A stretch of DNA of 64,000 nt, taken from Carcharhinus longimanus. Taxonomy: Eukaryota. The notes under the pieces were generated by a model. That model did no database searches. It was not told the DNA's origin and saw only the letters and a program-made list of their open reading frames with translations. Shown here in pieces: positions 24,401 to 38,158 of this stretch. Where the stretch lies: positions 13,001,993 to 13,065,992 of the forward strand of contig JASCQW010000081.1 in the NCBI GenBank assembly GCA_030264375.1, written 5' to 3'. Numbering within the stretch: position 1 is the first letter of the stretch; each line of letters starts with the position of its first letter. A program made the position numbers and the translations under genes.

Positions 24401-26029
24401 GATGTGTTCCCCTGCTCTCTGCGTGGTGGAGTGCCCGTACCTAAATCGGGTCTTCCCATTTCAATTACACGGCGATATTTTTTTTTAGTAACTTCTTCCG
24501 AACACGCTGAACTGAGATATTAAATAAAACATAATAAACATTCACGATAAATGGAGAATACACTCATGTTCTCCACACCTTTCCTCTTTAAATAAACTCT
24601 TCATGTTAATGAATTGATCGCACGAATGCCTCTAAAATCTATTTGTTTAATTCTAATTGTTTTGGTAAATAGACAATGGTGTGTGTGTGTGTACTTTTCT
24701 GGGACATTTCGAGTAAATACATTATGTTTTCGCAATAAAAACATAGAGAACAGTCTTTTAATACTGATTTTACTAATGATAGTTTCTCTTAGTGTCATAT
24801 GTTTCCATTAAATGCGACAAAATAGAATACGTTTCTAGAGCGGTTTTTTGATTTTTCTTAGTACGAAATCCTGTCATCACTCCGAGCTGTTCTTGCCCTA
24901 AAAATAATCATGCAAAGTGCTTCCAAGGTCCCGGCCGACTCCAGATATGAAGCATATAATCGACTTTGGAGAGTGTAAACTTCTTCTTTCCTCCTATATT
25001 CTTAACTTAAAACCAAAGTATACAAGAGTCCCGTTAAGTTTTGGGGACCAGTCAGGGTTTCTCTCTCACCTGCTGCGTTCCACACTCTGTCACAGACAGA
25101 GAAATACTGTCGCTGTACACCAGCGACAAGGTGTACATTTAATGTGAAAGGGAGGATACTTGTTCGTTACTTCCCTCAAATAATCGGAGGGTAGTGAATT
25201 GTTTGAGGTCCTTGATATTTCAGCTGGCTGCGAAGGGTGAGAGTTTCTGTCCGTTGCCATTATCTACCGTACCCACGAATAATCTACAGCTTCAACGCTT
25301 ACTTTGAAACCCAGCAATTAAAGGTAAGCGTGACAGGCTGATTAAAAACTACTTCTGCCCTGTTGCCTATTTTCCGAATGAGACAGAGTTGACCGATCAC
25401 GTGTAAGACACATCGTATTCCAAGCTGGAGGTTCCAGCGATGCATTGGCTTAACCCAGTGTAGGGGCATCTTGGATGTGAAATTTACTAACATGGAGGAA
25501 CAGGAGGAGGTCACTCGGCCCCTCGAGCTTTCTCAAATTTAGGCAGATGTTTCAGAAAGCATGCTCTAAGTATCGTTATTAATATAGATAGATATACTGA
25601 GTTCAATGGACACATACCCGTATCCGGATAAGAACTCTCCTCGCCAAGTGCCCTTCCTTAACCTTATAAGTATTTACGATCTTTAAAAAAAAGTCTGGGC
25701 TATTTCCCTAATGTTCCCCAGAAATGCAGTGGACCTTGGAGATAGATTCGGGGTGATTACGAATTCAGGAGACGACCATTCTGCCCATTGAGGACGTGCT
25801 AGCTTCCTGGAGAGCAACCTCGTCCGTAGCATTCCACCCCGTTCCCTCTCCCCCCCTCCCCTNNNNNNNNNNNNNNNNNNNNNNNNNNNNNNNNNNNNNN
25901 NNNNNNNNNNNGCCCCCTCCCCCAGTACCATCAGCTGATTTAAAGAGGAAAGGGTTGGACAACATGAGTTTATTCTCCATTTATCGTGAATGTTTATTAT
26001 GGAAGATTTTTTTCCAGGATGTGGGGTTG

Positions 26030-26338
26030 TAATCAAGGAACCCACGCACCCCGGACATTCTCTCTTCCACCTTCTTCCGTTGGGAAAAAGATACAAAAGT
26101 CTGAGATCACGCACCAACCGACCCAAGAACAGCTTCTTCCCTGCTGTTGTCAGACTTTTGAATGGACTTACTTTGCATCAAGTTGATCTTTCTCTACACC
26201 CTAGCTATGACTGTAACACTACATTCTGCACCCTCTGTCATTTCCTTCCCTATGAACGGTATGCTTTGTCTGTGTAGCGTGCAAGAAACAATACTTTTCA
26301 CTGTGTGTCAATACATGTGACAATAATAAATCAAATCT
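26030..26338 (+). mobile_element. Rex1/Babar LINE 3' end
   Basis: IKEPTHPGHSLFHLLPLGKRYKSLRSRTNRPKNSFFPAVVRLLN, then a 3' UTR ending tacatgtgacaataataaatcaaatc. Confidence 0.85.
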
Positions 26339-28799
26339 GAAAAAAACAAATCTATCTTCCTTCCCATGTCATTGTCAGTCAGTGACAGGTGCTCGGGTTT
26401 GGTTTCTTGGCTACCAACATTATCTTTTACATCCTATGTAAATGTACTACACTCGGTGGGAATTTCATGTGTTGCTTTGGCTGCAGCTGAAGACACCATC
26501 CGCACTGGTAACTCTGAAAGCTGATGAGAGTACTGGGAATTAGTAAACTGAATCCCACAGAGACTACAAGGTAATGATGTTCCAGCTCATTGACTAGAAG
26601 GAAGATCCCCCAACATAAAACACAATGTAAATATGTTNNNNNNNNNNNNNNNNNNNNNNNNNNNNNNNNNNNNNNNNNNNNNNNNNNNNNNNNNNNNNNN
26701 NNNNNNNNNNNNNNNNNNNNNNNNNNNNNNNNNNNNNNNNNNNNNNNNNNNNNNNNNNNNNNNNNNNNNNNNNNNNNNNNNNNNNNNNNNNNNNNNNNNN
26801 NNNNNNNNNNNNNNNNNNNNNNNNNNNNNNNNNNNNNNNNNNNNNNNNNNNNNNNNNNNNNNNNNNNNNNNNNNNNNNNNNNNNNNNNNNNNNNNNNNNN
26901 NNNNNNNNNNNNNNNNNNNNNNNNNNNNNNNNNNNNNNNNNNNNNNNNNNNNNNNNNGGATTCACTCCAGCCACAATAACACAGGACGGCTGCAAAGAAA
27001 CATTCCTCAAGTTTTCTAGTAGAAGGGACATTCTAAAAGCTTTATATAGTGCGTGCCTCTGTATAAGTTCAGTATATATTTACATAAATACATACAGTGC
27101 CGGCGAGTGAGACACTCCCTTTATTATTTGTAAACACTAAAATTTACCACCCAATTGTAATTCTCTAGAGAGACAGAAGCTGTATGCGTTGTATTGACCC
27201 AAGTTCCACAAACAACTTTAGGCTCACAACATTCCCAGCGGCACATTAGTCTAAGCAGGTATGACTCACTAATTAGTAACTAGGTGTGACTGCATCGTAA
27301 ACTTGTTGCAAATAATTTCTATTTAATATTAAAGTACTACAATAGACACACTGTCGAGTCGTCCAGCCTAACATTGCTACTTATAAACTCCATCTTCAAA
27401 TCAAATGAGTGCATTTGTCTCTTGAGGACGCTGTTACCAGTTCCGTACTTGGTTCCTCCCTCTCAACTCTGTTGCTTGTCCACTCTCAGGCTGTTTTAAA
27501 GAAAATCCCTGGGCGCCTTACATTAATAAAACTAAAATATTTCAGTTTCTGATCCTGGAACAAACAGGGCTAGTTTCACCTACTGCAGCCCTTTATTTAA
27601 CAACAATGTCGTGAATCAGACCCAACAGACGTTATCTTTTTGATTTTATTTTCCCACCATTTGTATCTTCTTCAGACCACATTCCTTTGCCGGAAATGTG
27701 AAGCGTTATCAGGCATCTTACCCGTCACATTTTTCATCCAATTTATGACTAGGCGGCATCGTGCAACGCCAATATTCTGAACTTTCCTTTAAAATGTTAA
27801 AGAAAGTTTGAACTGGGCCTAAGCATCTCGTCGGGAAGCAGCACTTAAAGTCACAGCGACTCGGGAGAAAGGTTAGAACTGGCAAAAGAGTACAATCCGT
27901 GTGCAATATCTGAGCCTGGATTTCAGATTTAAACACCACATTACTTTATAATGCGTCCGAATATAATTTCTTCATCTCTACCTACTGCAAGCTGCCTCCA
28001 AAACTCGCACTGAGTAACTGGACCATTGACTGATTCTATCCACAGACACTGTCAGACTTGCTGAGTTTATCCAGCAGTTTCTGTTTTTATTTCAGATTAC
28101 CAACAACCGCAGCGTTTTGCTTATAACACGAAGTACNNNNNNNNNNNNNNNNNNNNNNNNNNNNNNNNNNNNNNNNNNNNNNNNNNNNNNNNNNNNNNNN
28201 NNNNNNNNNNNNNNNNNNNNNNNNNNNNNNNNNNNNNNNNNNNNNNNNNNNNNNNNNNNNNNNNNNNNNNNNNNNNNNNNNNNNNNNNNNNNNNNNNNNN
28301 NNNNNNNNNNNNNNNNNNNNNNNNNNNNNNNNNNNNNNNNNNNNNNNNNNNNNNNNNNNNNNNNNNNNNNNNNNNNNNNNNNNNNNNNNNNNNNNNNNNN
28401 NNNNNNNNNNNNNNNNNNNNNNNNNNNNNNNNNNNNNNNNNNNNNNNNNNNNNNNNNNNNNNNNNNNNNNNNNNNNNNNNNNNNNNNNNNNNNNNNNNNN
28501 NNNNNNNNNNNNNNNNNNNNNNNNNNNNNNNNNNNNNNNNCCTGACTAACAAGAACCCCAGCTAGCAGCAACACCCCCTAATCATCATCTCACTGTTGTC
28601 TCTGGCAGCTTCCTGTGTGATCCGGTTACTATTGCTCGCTACCTTATCCCAGTAACTGCATTTCACAAAATACTCCAACAAAAGCAGATTGCGAAGACCC
28701 AGAAGAAAGATGGAAAATGCTGGCGTTTGTGATTGGGAAAAAGTTTGTAACAAGTAATGTAACACGTTTAAAACCAGTTCCTCCAATTCTGTCCTGGAA

Positions 28800-29100
28800 G
28801 GGTGGCACGGTGACACAGTGGGGTTAGCACTGCTGCTTCGTAGCGCCAGGGTCTCGGGTTCGAATCCTTTGGGTCACTGTCTGTGTTGAGTCTGCATGTT
28901 CCCCCCCGTGTCTGCATGGGTTTCCTCCCACAGTCCAAAGATGTGTCGGCCAAATTGATTGGATACGCCAAGTTGCCCCTTAGTGATAGGGGGACTAGCA
29001 GTGTAAACATGTGGCTGTTACAGGGATAGGGCCTGGGTGGGATTGTGGTCGGTGCAGACTCGATGGGCCGAACGGACTCCTGCATTGTAAGATTCTATGG
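28800..29100 (+). mobile_element. HE1-like SINE, tail A
   Basis: gggtggcacggtgacacagtgg...gggccgaacggactcctgcattgtaagattctatg. Confidence 0.85.
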
Positions 29101-29640
29101 CCTGAACACTGTTTCTCTTTCTCTCTCCACAGACGCTGCCAGGCCTGCCGAGAACTTGCAGCCTTTACTTTAAAACCACCTGTACCCCATTGGTTGTGAA
29201 GTTTTGGGGAGTCCTGCAGTGATGGAAGGAAGGATTCAGAAATCTCTCTCAAATGTTTGGGGGGGGGGTGGTGCGGAGTCATACTTTTGTCAATGTTGAG
29301 ATGGCTACAAAATGTCTTGAAATTGTAACTCAAAACTGTTCATTTCAGTAACCCTGCTATACTAGGATTGCAGAGAATGGGTCCCTCGCTTTAAGAGGTG
29401 GATTAAAATACATTTGAAAAAAAACAAATATCAAACTGGTTGATATCCAGGTGAGTTAATCGCTCTGCTATTACCAATGTTTCCCAATCGCTTTCACACA
29501 ATGCTATGGTCTGGGTTTTTTTCGCACTGTCATCTCTTTTCCATTGGCTGCTCGGTGGCAGATTTTGCTGTCAGAAGTGGTAAAAACCCACAAGACCCTT
29601 TCCTGAAATCTTGGGAGCCCAACTGACATCTTGACTATTC

Positions 29641-29663
29641 GGGGGAGGGGGAGGGGGAGGGGG
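29641..29663 (+). repeat. (GGGGGA)4 G-quadruplex motif
   Basis: Four G5 runs separated by single A. Confidence 0.7.
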
Positions 29664-30235
29664 ACCGGTGCACTTCAGGCCAGAAGCAGTTCAGGACAAT
29701 AACACCAGCAATGACTTTCTGAACGGCCTCAGATCAGAAATTACCCCCAGTGCAGCGTTGTGTGTTACAGAGGCAGGTCGGATGAAACCCCGAAGTCAGA
29801 GAGAAGCTATTTTTAAAAGTAAGCGGCCCAGTGGTCTTTCCCAGCTCCGAATGTGACAAAGAGATGAATTAACTAAAATAGCTCTGTGGTGTCATTTGTA
29901 CTTTGTAGACACAAACAGATTATGGTGGGGGATACCAATCAATCTTATTGCTAACTCTCTCCTTAATCATGCTTAATGTATTTGTGGTTTGTCCGTCACT
30001 CGGCGCTCTGATCTTTTTTATTTTAAAAAAACTAAAAAAAAGGTCAATACAATTCTGTCGTTGGGGATAAACTGACTATTTCCACTTCTGGATCAAGCAC
30101 AGCCTGATTCCCCGTTTATAGAGCGGGCGAGAGGCGAACTGCATTCGCTTGCTCTACACCACAGGTAAACCAAATCAGAATAAGTGTCGCCATTAAATTA
30201 GTTGCAAACATATTTGTTACTTACTTTGTCCCTAG

Positions 30236-30318
30236 GTGCAGTTTATTTGCGGTTAGGCCCCTGGGCAGCGCGCAGAGGTGACAGTAAAATATCCGGGAAG
30301 GCACGCACAGAATGGGAG
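30236..30318 (+). other. Candidate exon (83 nt)
   Basis: Acceptor ttacttactttgtccctag, donor GAG/gtgagt; an upstream donor CAG/gtaaac at 30164/30165 gives a 71-nt intron. Confidence 0.35.
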
Positions 30319-30804
30319 GTGAGTTTTTAACAAACCTCGGGGGTTCTCTAACGGAGCAGCCGAAATCGCGATACTGCATTCACCCTACAAGGAAAGGACA
30401 ATGAAACACCTTTAAGACAACTGGTTTCTGAAGGAAGAATTGCCACGTGTGGGCAGATGAACGCACATTGAACCGTTATATTTATTCGCGTGTTTCTTTC
30501 GAAATAAAACATCTAACAGGTTACAAATCACATCCAAAATCTTTCAGCGAAGACTCGGTCACCACACGGTTAATTCGGTGTGTTTTGTTACTGTGTGTGT
30601 GTGTGTGTTGAAGATGGGAATGTTTCACTGTAACCGAATTTGTTACAATCCGAAAGGTGTTACAACAGAATTCAGAAATAACCCAGAACATGCTCGCCAT
30701 TTGTATCTTCCGTATCACTTTGTAGAACTCCAGCACGGTGTGTACATTTGCAAATCTCTCTCTATCTCTCCGCCCCCCACCCCCTCTCAAAACATTGCTT
30801 AGAT

Positions 30805-30829
30805 ACACACACACACACACACACACACA
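30805..30829. repeat. (AC)n microsatellite
   Basis: Direct inspection; a (TG)n run also lies at 30593-30608. Confidence 0.9.
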
Positions 30830-30850
30830 GTTCCTTCCGTGTCAATGGAG

Positions 30851-30869
30851 GGTGTCCCCTGGCGGCCGA
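30851..30869 (-). promoter_or_regulatory. CTCF-binding motif
   Basis: Minus strand cggccgccaggggacacc versus consensus tggccaccagggggcgc. Confidence 0.55.
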
Positions 30870-33800
30870 CTGCAGATTTGCAAGTCTACTGGCGAATCCT
30901 TCTGACAAAGAGAAGGCCGAATACATGTGAAAGTGTAGCAAACGCCAACATGGGATCCACAACTAAAGATATAACTGGGGATGGGAGGAAAACAGAGCTG
31001 TGGTGAACTGGGTTTGCTTTGGAGTGATAAGTTAGCACCCCCGCTGTGATGTAAATTGACACCCCATTTCTCACAGGATAGATATTTGTGCAATTAACAT
31101 GTATGGCGATGGTACTACAAACACATATATATAATATACAAGTGAATATTCCACCGAGCACCAAATGCCGCGTATGTTTTACATAGATCTAGTTGGATAA
31201 TAAATAGGTGGCTATTTAACACGCTGTGAAAAATAAAACTGACTTGGCATTTCACATGAGTGGACTTTGTGTAGAATGTGTAATTTCGCATAAAGCACTC
31301 TCCCTTACAATCAAGAAAATGCATATATCACAACGATTTGTTTTTACGCGCATCATTGGCAAATATAAAATGTAAATTCTACTCTCTCCCCCACCTCGTG
31401 TTTTGTTTGACCACCCTTGAAATGAAGGACAGAAAAGGAGGTCAGGCTTTTGCCTCGGGCTGTGTGGGGCAGCTGTGTACTGACCAGCACCCTGTCACAC
31501 CTATCTCCCTTTCTAAAGGCATGCTTTAGCGAGTAATTAATAGGGAATAATAGTCTCTCGCCAGAGGTGCTGCACGGAGCCAGAATCTAACACAACGCAA
31601 TCTGCAGAAGTAATCATCATCCTTCGTGGGTTATCACTTGGACGCTGTTGTTACAAGGAGCTTGCTATTTCTACCCTTGTTTAAAACCCGGGTTAAGGAA
31701 ATTGTTGTACAACCCGAGAGAAAAATTCCCCACAGCGTACATCAGGGCACAGCAACGTTCTTAAGAAGTCCTCAAAAGACTAGGTCTTCATTTATCATTA
31801 TAGTGCTCGGATATCTGTGTGTCAACTTAACTCCCGTGGAATTAACATCAGCCACACCATACCATCACGGTTTAAATTATGACAATGTGCAGCTTGTTGG
31901 CACGAGGGTCTTTTTTTAAAAAAAACCCCGCCATAATATAAAGACGCATTAGGGAAGTGTCACCTCACTGCACTGAATCTAATCCAACTTAACGAACGAC
32001 TTTCCCTGACTGACGTGGCGAGGGTGGAAAAAAGACAGCCATTTGTTCTTGCAATAATTCATTTACACTGAAAATAAAAATAGAAGGTCAGCATTGTGTA
32101 GTCGAACAAGCGGTTTGTTTATCCGCTTTTCGCTGTGATGTTGTTGGTAACTATACTAGACGTTTGCCAGATCTAAGCCTAAATGCACTGATTCGCATTA
32201 TCTCTAGGTTAGAGTCCTGTCATGACACGGAATCAAGTCATCGGCATGGGCAGGCAAAAAAAAGATGTATGTTAGTGCTTCCCCTCATACAAACCAATCC
32301 ACCCCACATGCACTGCAAACACTCCCGGCGAACCGCGGTTTGAGGCAAATTAGAATGGTAAACAGTGAGTACGTTTCAACACTTTGTGTGTTTGTTATTT
32401 ATTTTACCCGAATTTAGTGCATCAGAAAACACCGACAAACCACAAATGTCAATATATTTAGCCCACTACTAGCATTCTTGCACCGATACTTGTAATAAGA
32501 ATTGACTCTCATTGAATGTACTTGAACTGATGTCACTGGTGAAACGCAGACATTCCTCGTAACAAAAACCTAATCTTTCATTTAATTCACTTGTGAAGAC
32601 ACGGTCGATGTCCTGCCCCTCGCCTGTAATTTGTAATCAAGAGCACAATTTAGTCATTTTGAAATACTAATTATCTAATCGTCCCAGGGTTTAACAATTG
32701 CTGGAGAAATACTTGTCTGCCCAATTAGTTAAGACAATTATTAAATTTCTGAGCCTTAATTATGTCTCAATTTTGTACTGGCAAAATTGTCTTTAATGCA
32801 GTAATTAAAATCCTATCTGTACCTCTGCCTTTAGGGCACTGGATGATTAGAACCTGTCAGGGGGTTGCACTCAACCAAGCCAGTGATGCGTGTTGTGCAA
32901 CATGACCCTGGATTGTTAAATCTGTCAACATATTAACCCGAATTCCCTGCAGTCCCTGTGACCACGATTGGTAGATTAAAAGCAGAATGAGACAGAAAGC
33001 ATTAAAGCCAAATTTTCAGACACCAATCCATTTAATTCTAGCGGAAGTTAACATATTTAAATAGCAGTTAGTTAGCCCTGCACAATCCTCGTGCTAAAAC
33101 CCATTATAATGATCCTAATAACAACACCCTAACATATGCGAAACATGAACTACATTGAACATGCTATTTGCTTGTGATTCTGGATTAAGTCAATATGACC
33201 ATTTAAAATTAGGCAGCAATTTTAAGTAACTGACGTCAAGCAGACCTTTAGCTAGAATTATTTCTGAAAATCATTTTTAAAAAAAACTGCAAATAGCCTT
33301 TAAATAAAAACAGTCTAATCGGGTGCCAGCCTCGGAAAGAGTTGAAGTGAACTTAGACAGCTGACCTTCAGTGCTGTCCTGGCGATGTTGAATTGAAATG
33401 TAATTCAGGATCATGGTGCAAGATAAATTGGAGATGTAATTCAGCAAAGTAAGTAAATTATTCACGGAATTTCAATGTGTAATGGAATGTGTTCAGAAAA
33501 TGGGTTTACAAAAAGAGAGAGAGAAATGTTTATAATCTATAGAGGTTTGGGATAATGCAATACATTTCACAATTACATCACCAGAAATGAACAGGAATGG
33601 AGTAAAACGATAGATAAACCAATCCATTTGCTTTTTTTTTTACCCCGATGATTTGCCAGTCCATGTAAATAATTGATGCTGGTTTGGAAAACGCTGTTTA
33701 TTTCCTGATCGGAAGGCCAACACTGGAGTGGGCCTTCGATCTGCCCAGTTCTCTCTTGGACTGAGTACGCTCAGCCCTTGTAAATGGCCTTGCTCAGAAG

Positions 33801-35609
33801 TCTCTGGGCAGGAACTGAAAGTGCAAATCTGTGCCCTGACTTGTTCATACCGGCTGTCAGCATATTATCCTCTTGTCAGCACCGATTGACTGGCCAGGTT
33901 CACCTCTGTGCACCACCTCTAACAGCTCATTGACAGACCAGTGACCCACCCGAACCTGATAATGGAAACCCATCGATTTCCTGGGCTCAAGGACTGCGAA
34001 CTGCCCGGCCGGACTTGTGCCATCGCTTGTGCTGATCTCGAGTAACACTGGATTACAATCTGTTCTCCAGATCATAAAAACCTAATGCACTCCGGTAAAT
34101 CCCTGAAATGAAAAGAATAACCGAGCCGCCCTTCTACTTCACATATGGCGAGCTGGGATAAAACTAATGGATTTTTTTTAGCCCAATCTGAGAAACACAT
34201 ATGTGAAGTATTGAAATTTACATAACGTACACTTGTTTATAAAGGTAATATATATTGAGATGCTTTACGGGAATATGTAAGGGTTTGATCTGTGTCTGTT
34301 TGCTGAATTAAATCGCATGCACATTATTGTCATTCCCAGAGTAGGAAAGAGAGTATTTGCAGACAACAATACTTTCCCAGTGCTCCAGCTTCCATTAAAT
34401 AAGCATAGTGCTGTCAATTGTTAATACTGTCATCCCTTACAACTTTATTTCAGTCAACTTACTTCGGAGGTTTCTTTTGCGATTGAACCTTTGTTTTTTT
34501 TTAAAATGTATTTAATCACACTGAACACTTATTTCAATCTTCTATTGTGCAGCCACTGGGGAAAACTGAAATAAATTAATGCATTCTAAAATCACGGCGG
34601 AAGTGAACGAATATTGTCAGAACCTTAAAAATCTAACCTAGATATACATTTTGCAAAAGGTGTCCAGACGTTTTGGCCCTTCTCATCTTCGGGGATTTCT
34701 TAGATATACAGTTTTGACTACAGTAAGTTCCCTGAGGAGTAATGTCATTATTTACAGACTAGAGTTTTTTCTATAGTGGCTGTAAGGCCAGACTCCGAGC
34801 CAGATGGCTGGTGTACTCATTGCTGAGAGAAATACATCTCTTTAGAGATTTGATTTCTTTCGTGTCTCGGTAACCATGCTGCCTTTAATAGAATTTCGTC
34901 ATGGTACTTAAATCACATTACATGTTCTTTTATTTAGTTTCCATGTGTTGTTGTCTGGTCACAATACGACTTCTACCCTCATCTGGTCTCTGGTCCTGCT
35001 GTCATGTCCTGATACACACGATGCAACTAATGAAGCAGCCAAACAAGGCGATCATTCTGCCTGAAAGGAGTCCTGTGTCACTTAATTAACACTTCCTTTT
35101 CTCAACAAGGAAGTTAATATCTAGACAGGCTTCAACGCAAACATCACTTGACACATTGTTCATGCAGGCTGTTGTCCAAAGCTAGTCGTTTTACCGGTTG
35201 TGGAGCTTTTCAAACCATTTCTCCTATTTAGCCCTTCTGTATATTAAAAAAGAATGAAACAAACACGGTTAAAGATTGGCATTTCCCAATGCCATGGCTA
35301 TTAGCAATCCCCTTAACCAACATCAACCCAGCAACTTTATAAAACAGGAAAATGAACATTAAAAAGTGCAACATTAAAAAGGGCCTACACCAGCAATGGA
35401 GTGGGTAATCTACAGGAAGCAGAGGCGTGTATCATCTTCTACTAGAAACTGAGATAATCTCAGAATTCCAATTATTTTCACTACCCTAGTTTCTGACAGG
35501 AAAAGAGAGTTTCTTTAAAATTCTTCAAATCATCAGCTGACCACAGCAATTAGCTTCCTAACTTAAACTTTGTTAAATCTACAGACATCCTGGAAACTAT
35601 CCAGTCTGG

Positions 35610-36190
35610 ATCCATTCAACACATAGAGAGGGAGTAAAACTTGACCTCCTAAGAAATAAGGAAGGCAAGTGACAGAAGTGTCAGTGAGGGATCACTTTGG
35701 GACCAGTGACTATAATTCCATCAGTTTTAAGATAGCTATGGAGAAAGATAGGTCTGGCCCAAAAGTTAAAATTCTAAATTGGGATAAGGCCAATTTTGAT
35801 GGTATTAGACAGGAACTTTCAAAAGTTGATTTGGGGAGTCTGTTGGCAGGCAAAGAAACGTCTGGTAAGTGGGAGGCTTTCAAAATTGTGTTAAGCAGTG
35901 TTCCGGGTAAGCACATTATTTTTGGAGTGAAGAATGGTATAAGTAGGGAGTGACTCGGGATATTGAGGCCCTGGTCAAAAAAAAGAGCCATTTGATATGC
36001 ATAGGCAACTGGGATCAAGTGGATCCCTTGAAGAGTAGAGAGGTTATCAGAGAGAGTTAAAAGAGAAATCGGAGGGGGGGGGGTGCGCAAAAGGGAACAT
36101 GAAATTGTTTTGGTAGATAAGGCAAAGTAGAATCCAAAGAGCATCTACAAATACATAAAGGGCAAAAGGGTAATTAGGGAGAGAGTAGAA
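35610..36190 (+). mobile_element. CR1 internal fragment (end of endonuclease / linker)
   Basis: DHFGTSDYNSISFKI..LNWDKANFDGIRQELSKVD..KWEAFK. Confidence 0.85.
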
Positions 36191-36829
36191 AGTTCCTAAG
36201 AAAATTCAGTTTGTTTTCAAAACGTTAATTGTTTCTCTCTTCACAGATGCTGCTGGACCTGCTGAACTTTTCCAGCACTTCGTTTTGTTTTTGAGAATTT
36301 ATGAACACCACCTCCCCCGCGGTGCCCATCTGATCAAATGGACACAGGACACAAAATAGAGTCACAAATGTACTGTTCTGTAACATTAAGGAATTCATTC
36401 ATCACTTTTAAGGTCATGTTTTGCTTTTCTAAAAGAACCTCAATTTTGTTCAGTTTTCCTGGTGGTTTGTAGTTCTGGTATCATTCTTGGTGCATTTCAA
36501 TATCATTCCCATTGTGTTTCCTACACTGGTTCCTCATATGGAGACCAAACTGCACATTACTCCAAGTTTGGCCCAACCAGCGTTCCAAATGAGTCCAGCA
36601 AAATCTCCCTACTTTTGAACTCTACTCTTCTAGAAATGAAACTGCGTGGCTATGGTTATCAATGTTGTCACTTGTCAAGTAACTAAAGGTTGCAAAATCC
36701 AGATAGCATTATAACTCGGGTATTACTACCTTTTTAGAAGTTTGATTTATAATTCCCAACCTTCTATAATGAGAGGTTGGGACTAAGAGACCATGAAGTA
36801 GGTATCCTTTTTCATGTCAAATCATAGCC

Positions 36830-37000
36830 CCTCTGCACTGTAGAGATTCTATTTGGCCCATTGAACCTGCACTGACAACATTCTCACCCAGGTCCTATCC
36901 TGGTGATCCCAGGTATTTACCCTGCTAATCTCCCGAACACTAAGGTACAATTGAGCACGACCAATCAAACTAACAAGCACATCTTTGGAATATGGGAGGA
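36830..37000 (-). mobile_element. HE1-like SINE 3' fragment
   Basis: tttaccctgctaatc..acactaagg..cacatctttggaatatgggagg. Confidence 0.65.
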
Positions 37001-37789
37001 TTACATTGTTCTATTATTTGATCATTTCATCCAGTGGTTGTGCCTCAGTTGGTTGATGGTTTCGTTTTATTCACAATGAGCAGCAAGGGTCCTTGCCTGA
37101 CCAGCTAGCGATCAAATGATTTCACTTTCTGCTCCTTGTAGATCCATAATTGCCCTGATTGTTGACTATTTCCTAGCTCTTGTGATGTCTTCCCATTGCT
37201 GACTGGTGATGTTTTCTCAGCCTTGAGAAAACATTTTGCAAGGTTCCAGTCCATAATATTTCCCATCTTCAGATTCAGAATTGAGTGGATGAAATTCAGA
37301 TATAGCTTTTAAATGCAAATCTTTGTTACATGTTTCTAAGTGATATGGGGGACAATACGAACGTTATTACTTGCCCTTTCAGTTAGTCAACAGGCATTAC
37401 AGCTGTCATTAATACTGGATTGAGTGTGAGACTAAGTGTCATCCTTAAGAGTTTTCCAACATGAATATAGTAACACTAGGAGGTGATATCAAAAATAAAA
37501 TTCCTACACCAGCTGTTAATTATACTAAATATCCAGAACTGGAGCACCAAATTCAGGAAATGTTGGAATCATTTAGAAGCTCGAGCAAAAAGGCTTTACA
37601 ATAAAGCAATATTAATTTATTAATTCAGTTTCAGATAAAGGTTGTGGCCATACAGAATAATTGAGAAGCAGCTTCAAAGGTCCATTATTTTCTTATGTTC
37701 TTCCTGTAAAGAGTTTTCTATATATAACATGTTTGACAAATAGCTGGCAACACTTCATGTATATGCCTGTTCCACTCTTTCATTCCTAC

Positions 37790-38158
37790 AACAAAACAAA
37801 GAATAATACATCACAGAAACGGACCCTTTGGCCCACCAAGCCTGCACAAATACGACGTTTCTATCCCTCGTTCACCTCCCTTTTTCATGTGTCTATTAAG
37901 ATACGTCTTGAATGTTGCTAATGTGTCTGCTTCCATCATTTCCACTGGCAGTGCATTCCAGGAATCCACCACCCTCTGTGTGAAAAACATTCCCCACACA
38001 TATCCCCTAAATCTACCCCCTCTCACCTTGAACCTGTGCCGCCTTGTAGTTGATCTTTTCACCCTGGGAAAATGCCTGTAACTATCCACCTTATCTTTAC
38101 CTCTCAATTTTGTAGACATCTATCAGTCACGCCTCAACCTCTGTCTTTCCAGTGAAAG
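37790..38158 (-). mobile_element. CR1 3' fragment
   Basis: HFPRVKRSTTRRHRFKVRGGRFRG..FFTQRVVDSWNALP. Confidence 0.85.

Larger units (their letters stand above)
18450..35550. promoter_or_regulatory. Transposon-poor, CpG-rich putative developmental regulatory domain
   Basis: Only a few TE pieces (~25.5-26.3 kb and 28-29.2 kb) versus several per kb in the flanks; visibly more CpG from ~20.8 to ~34.2 kb; blocks dense in TAAT, TGACAG, CATTGT and TGTTTAC. Confidence 0.6.

Noticed and set aside
30298-30316. aaggcacgc-aca-gaatg resembles mature miR-124 (taaggcacgcggtgaatgcc)
   Set aside because: Three central mismatches, a wrong first base and no complementary 5' arm or hairpin
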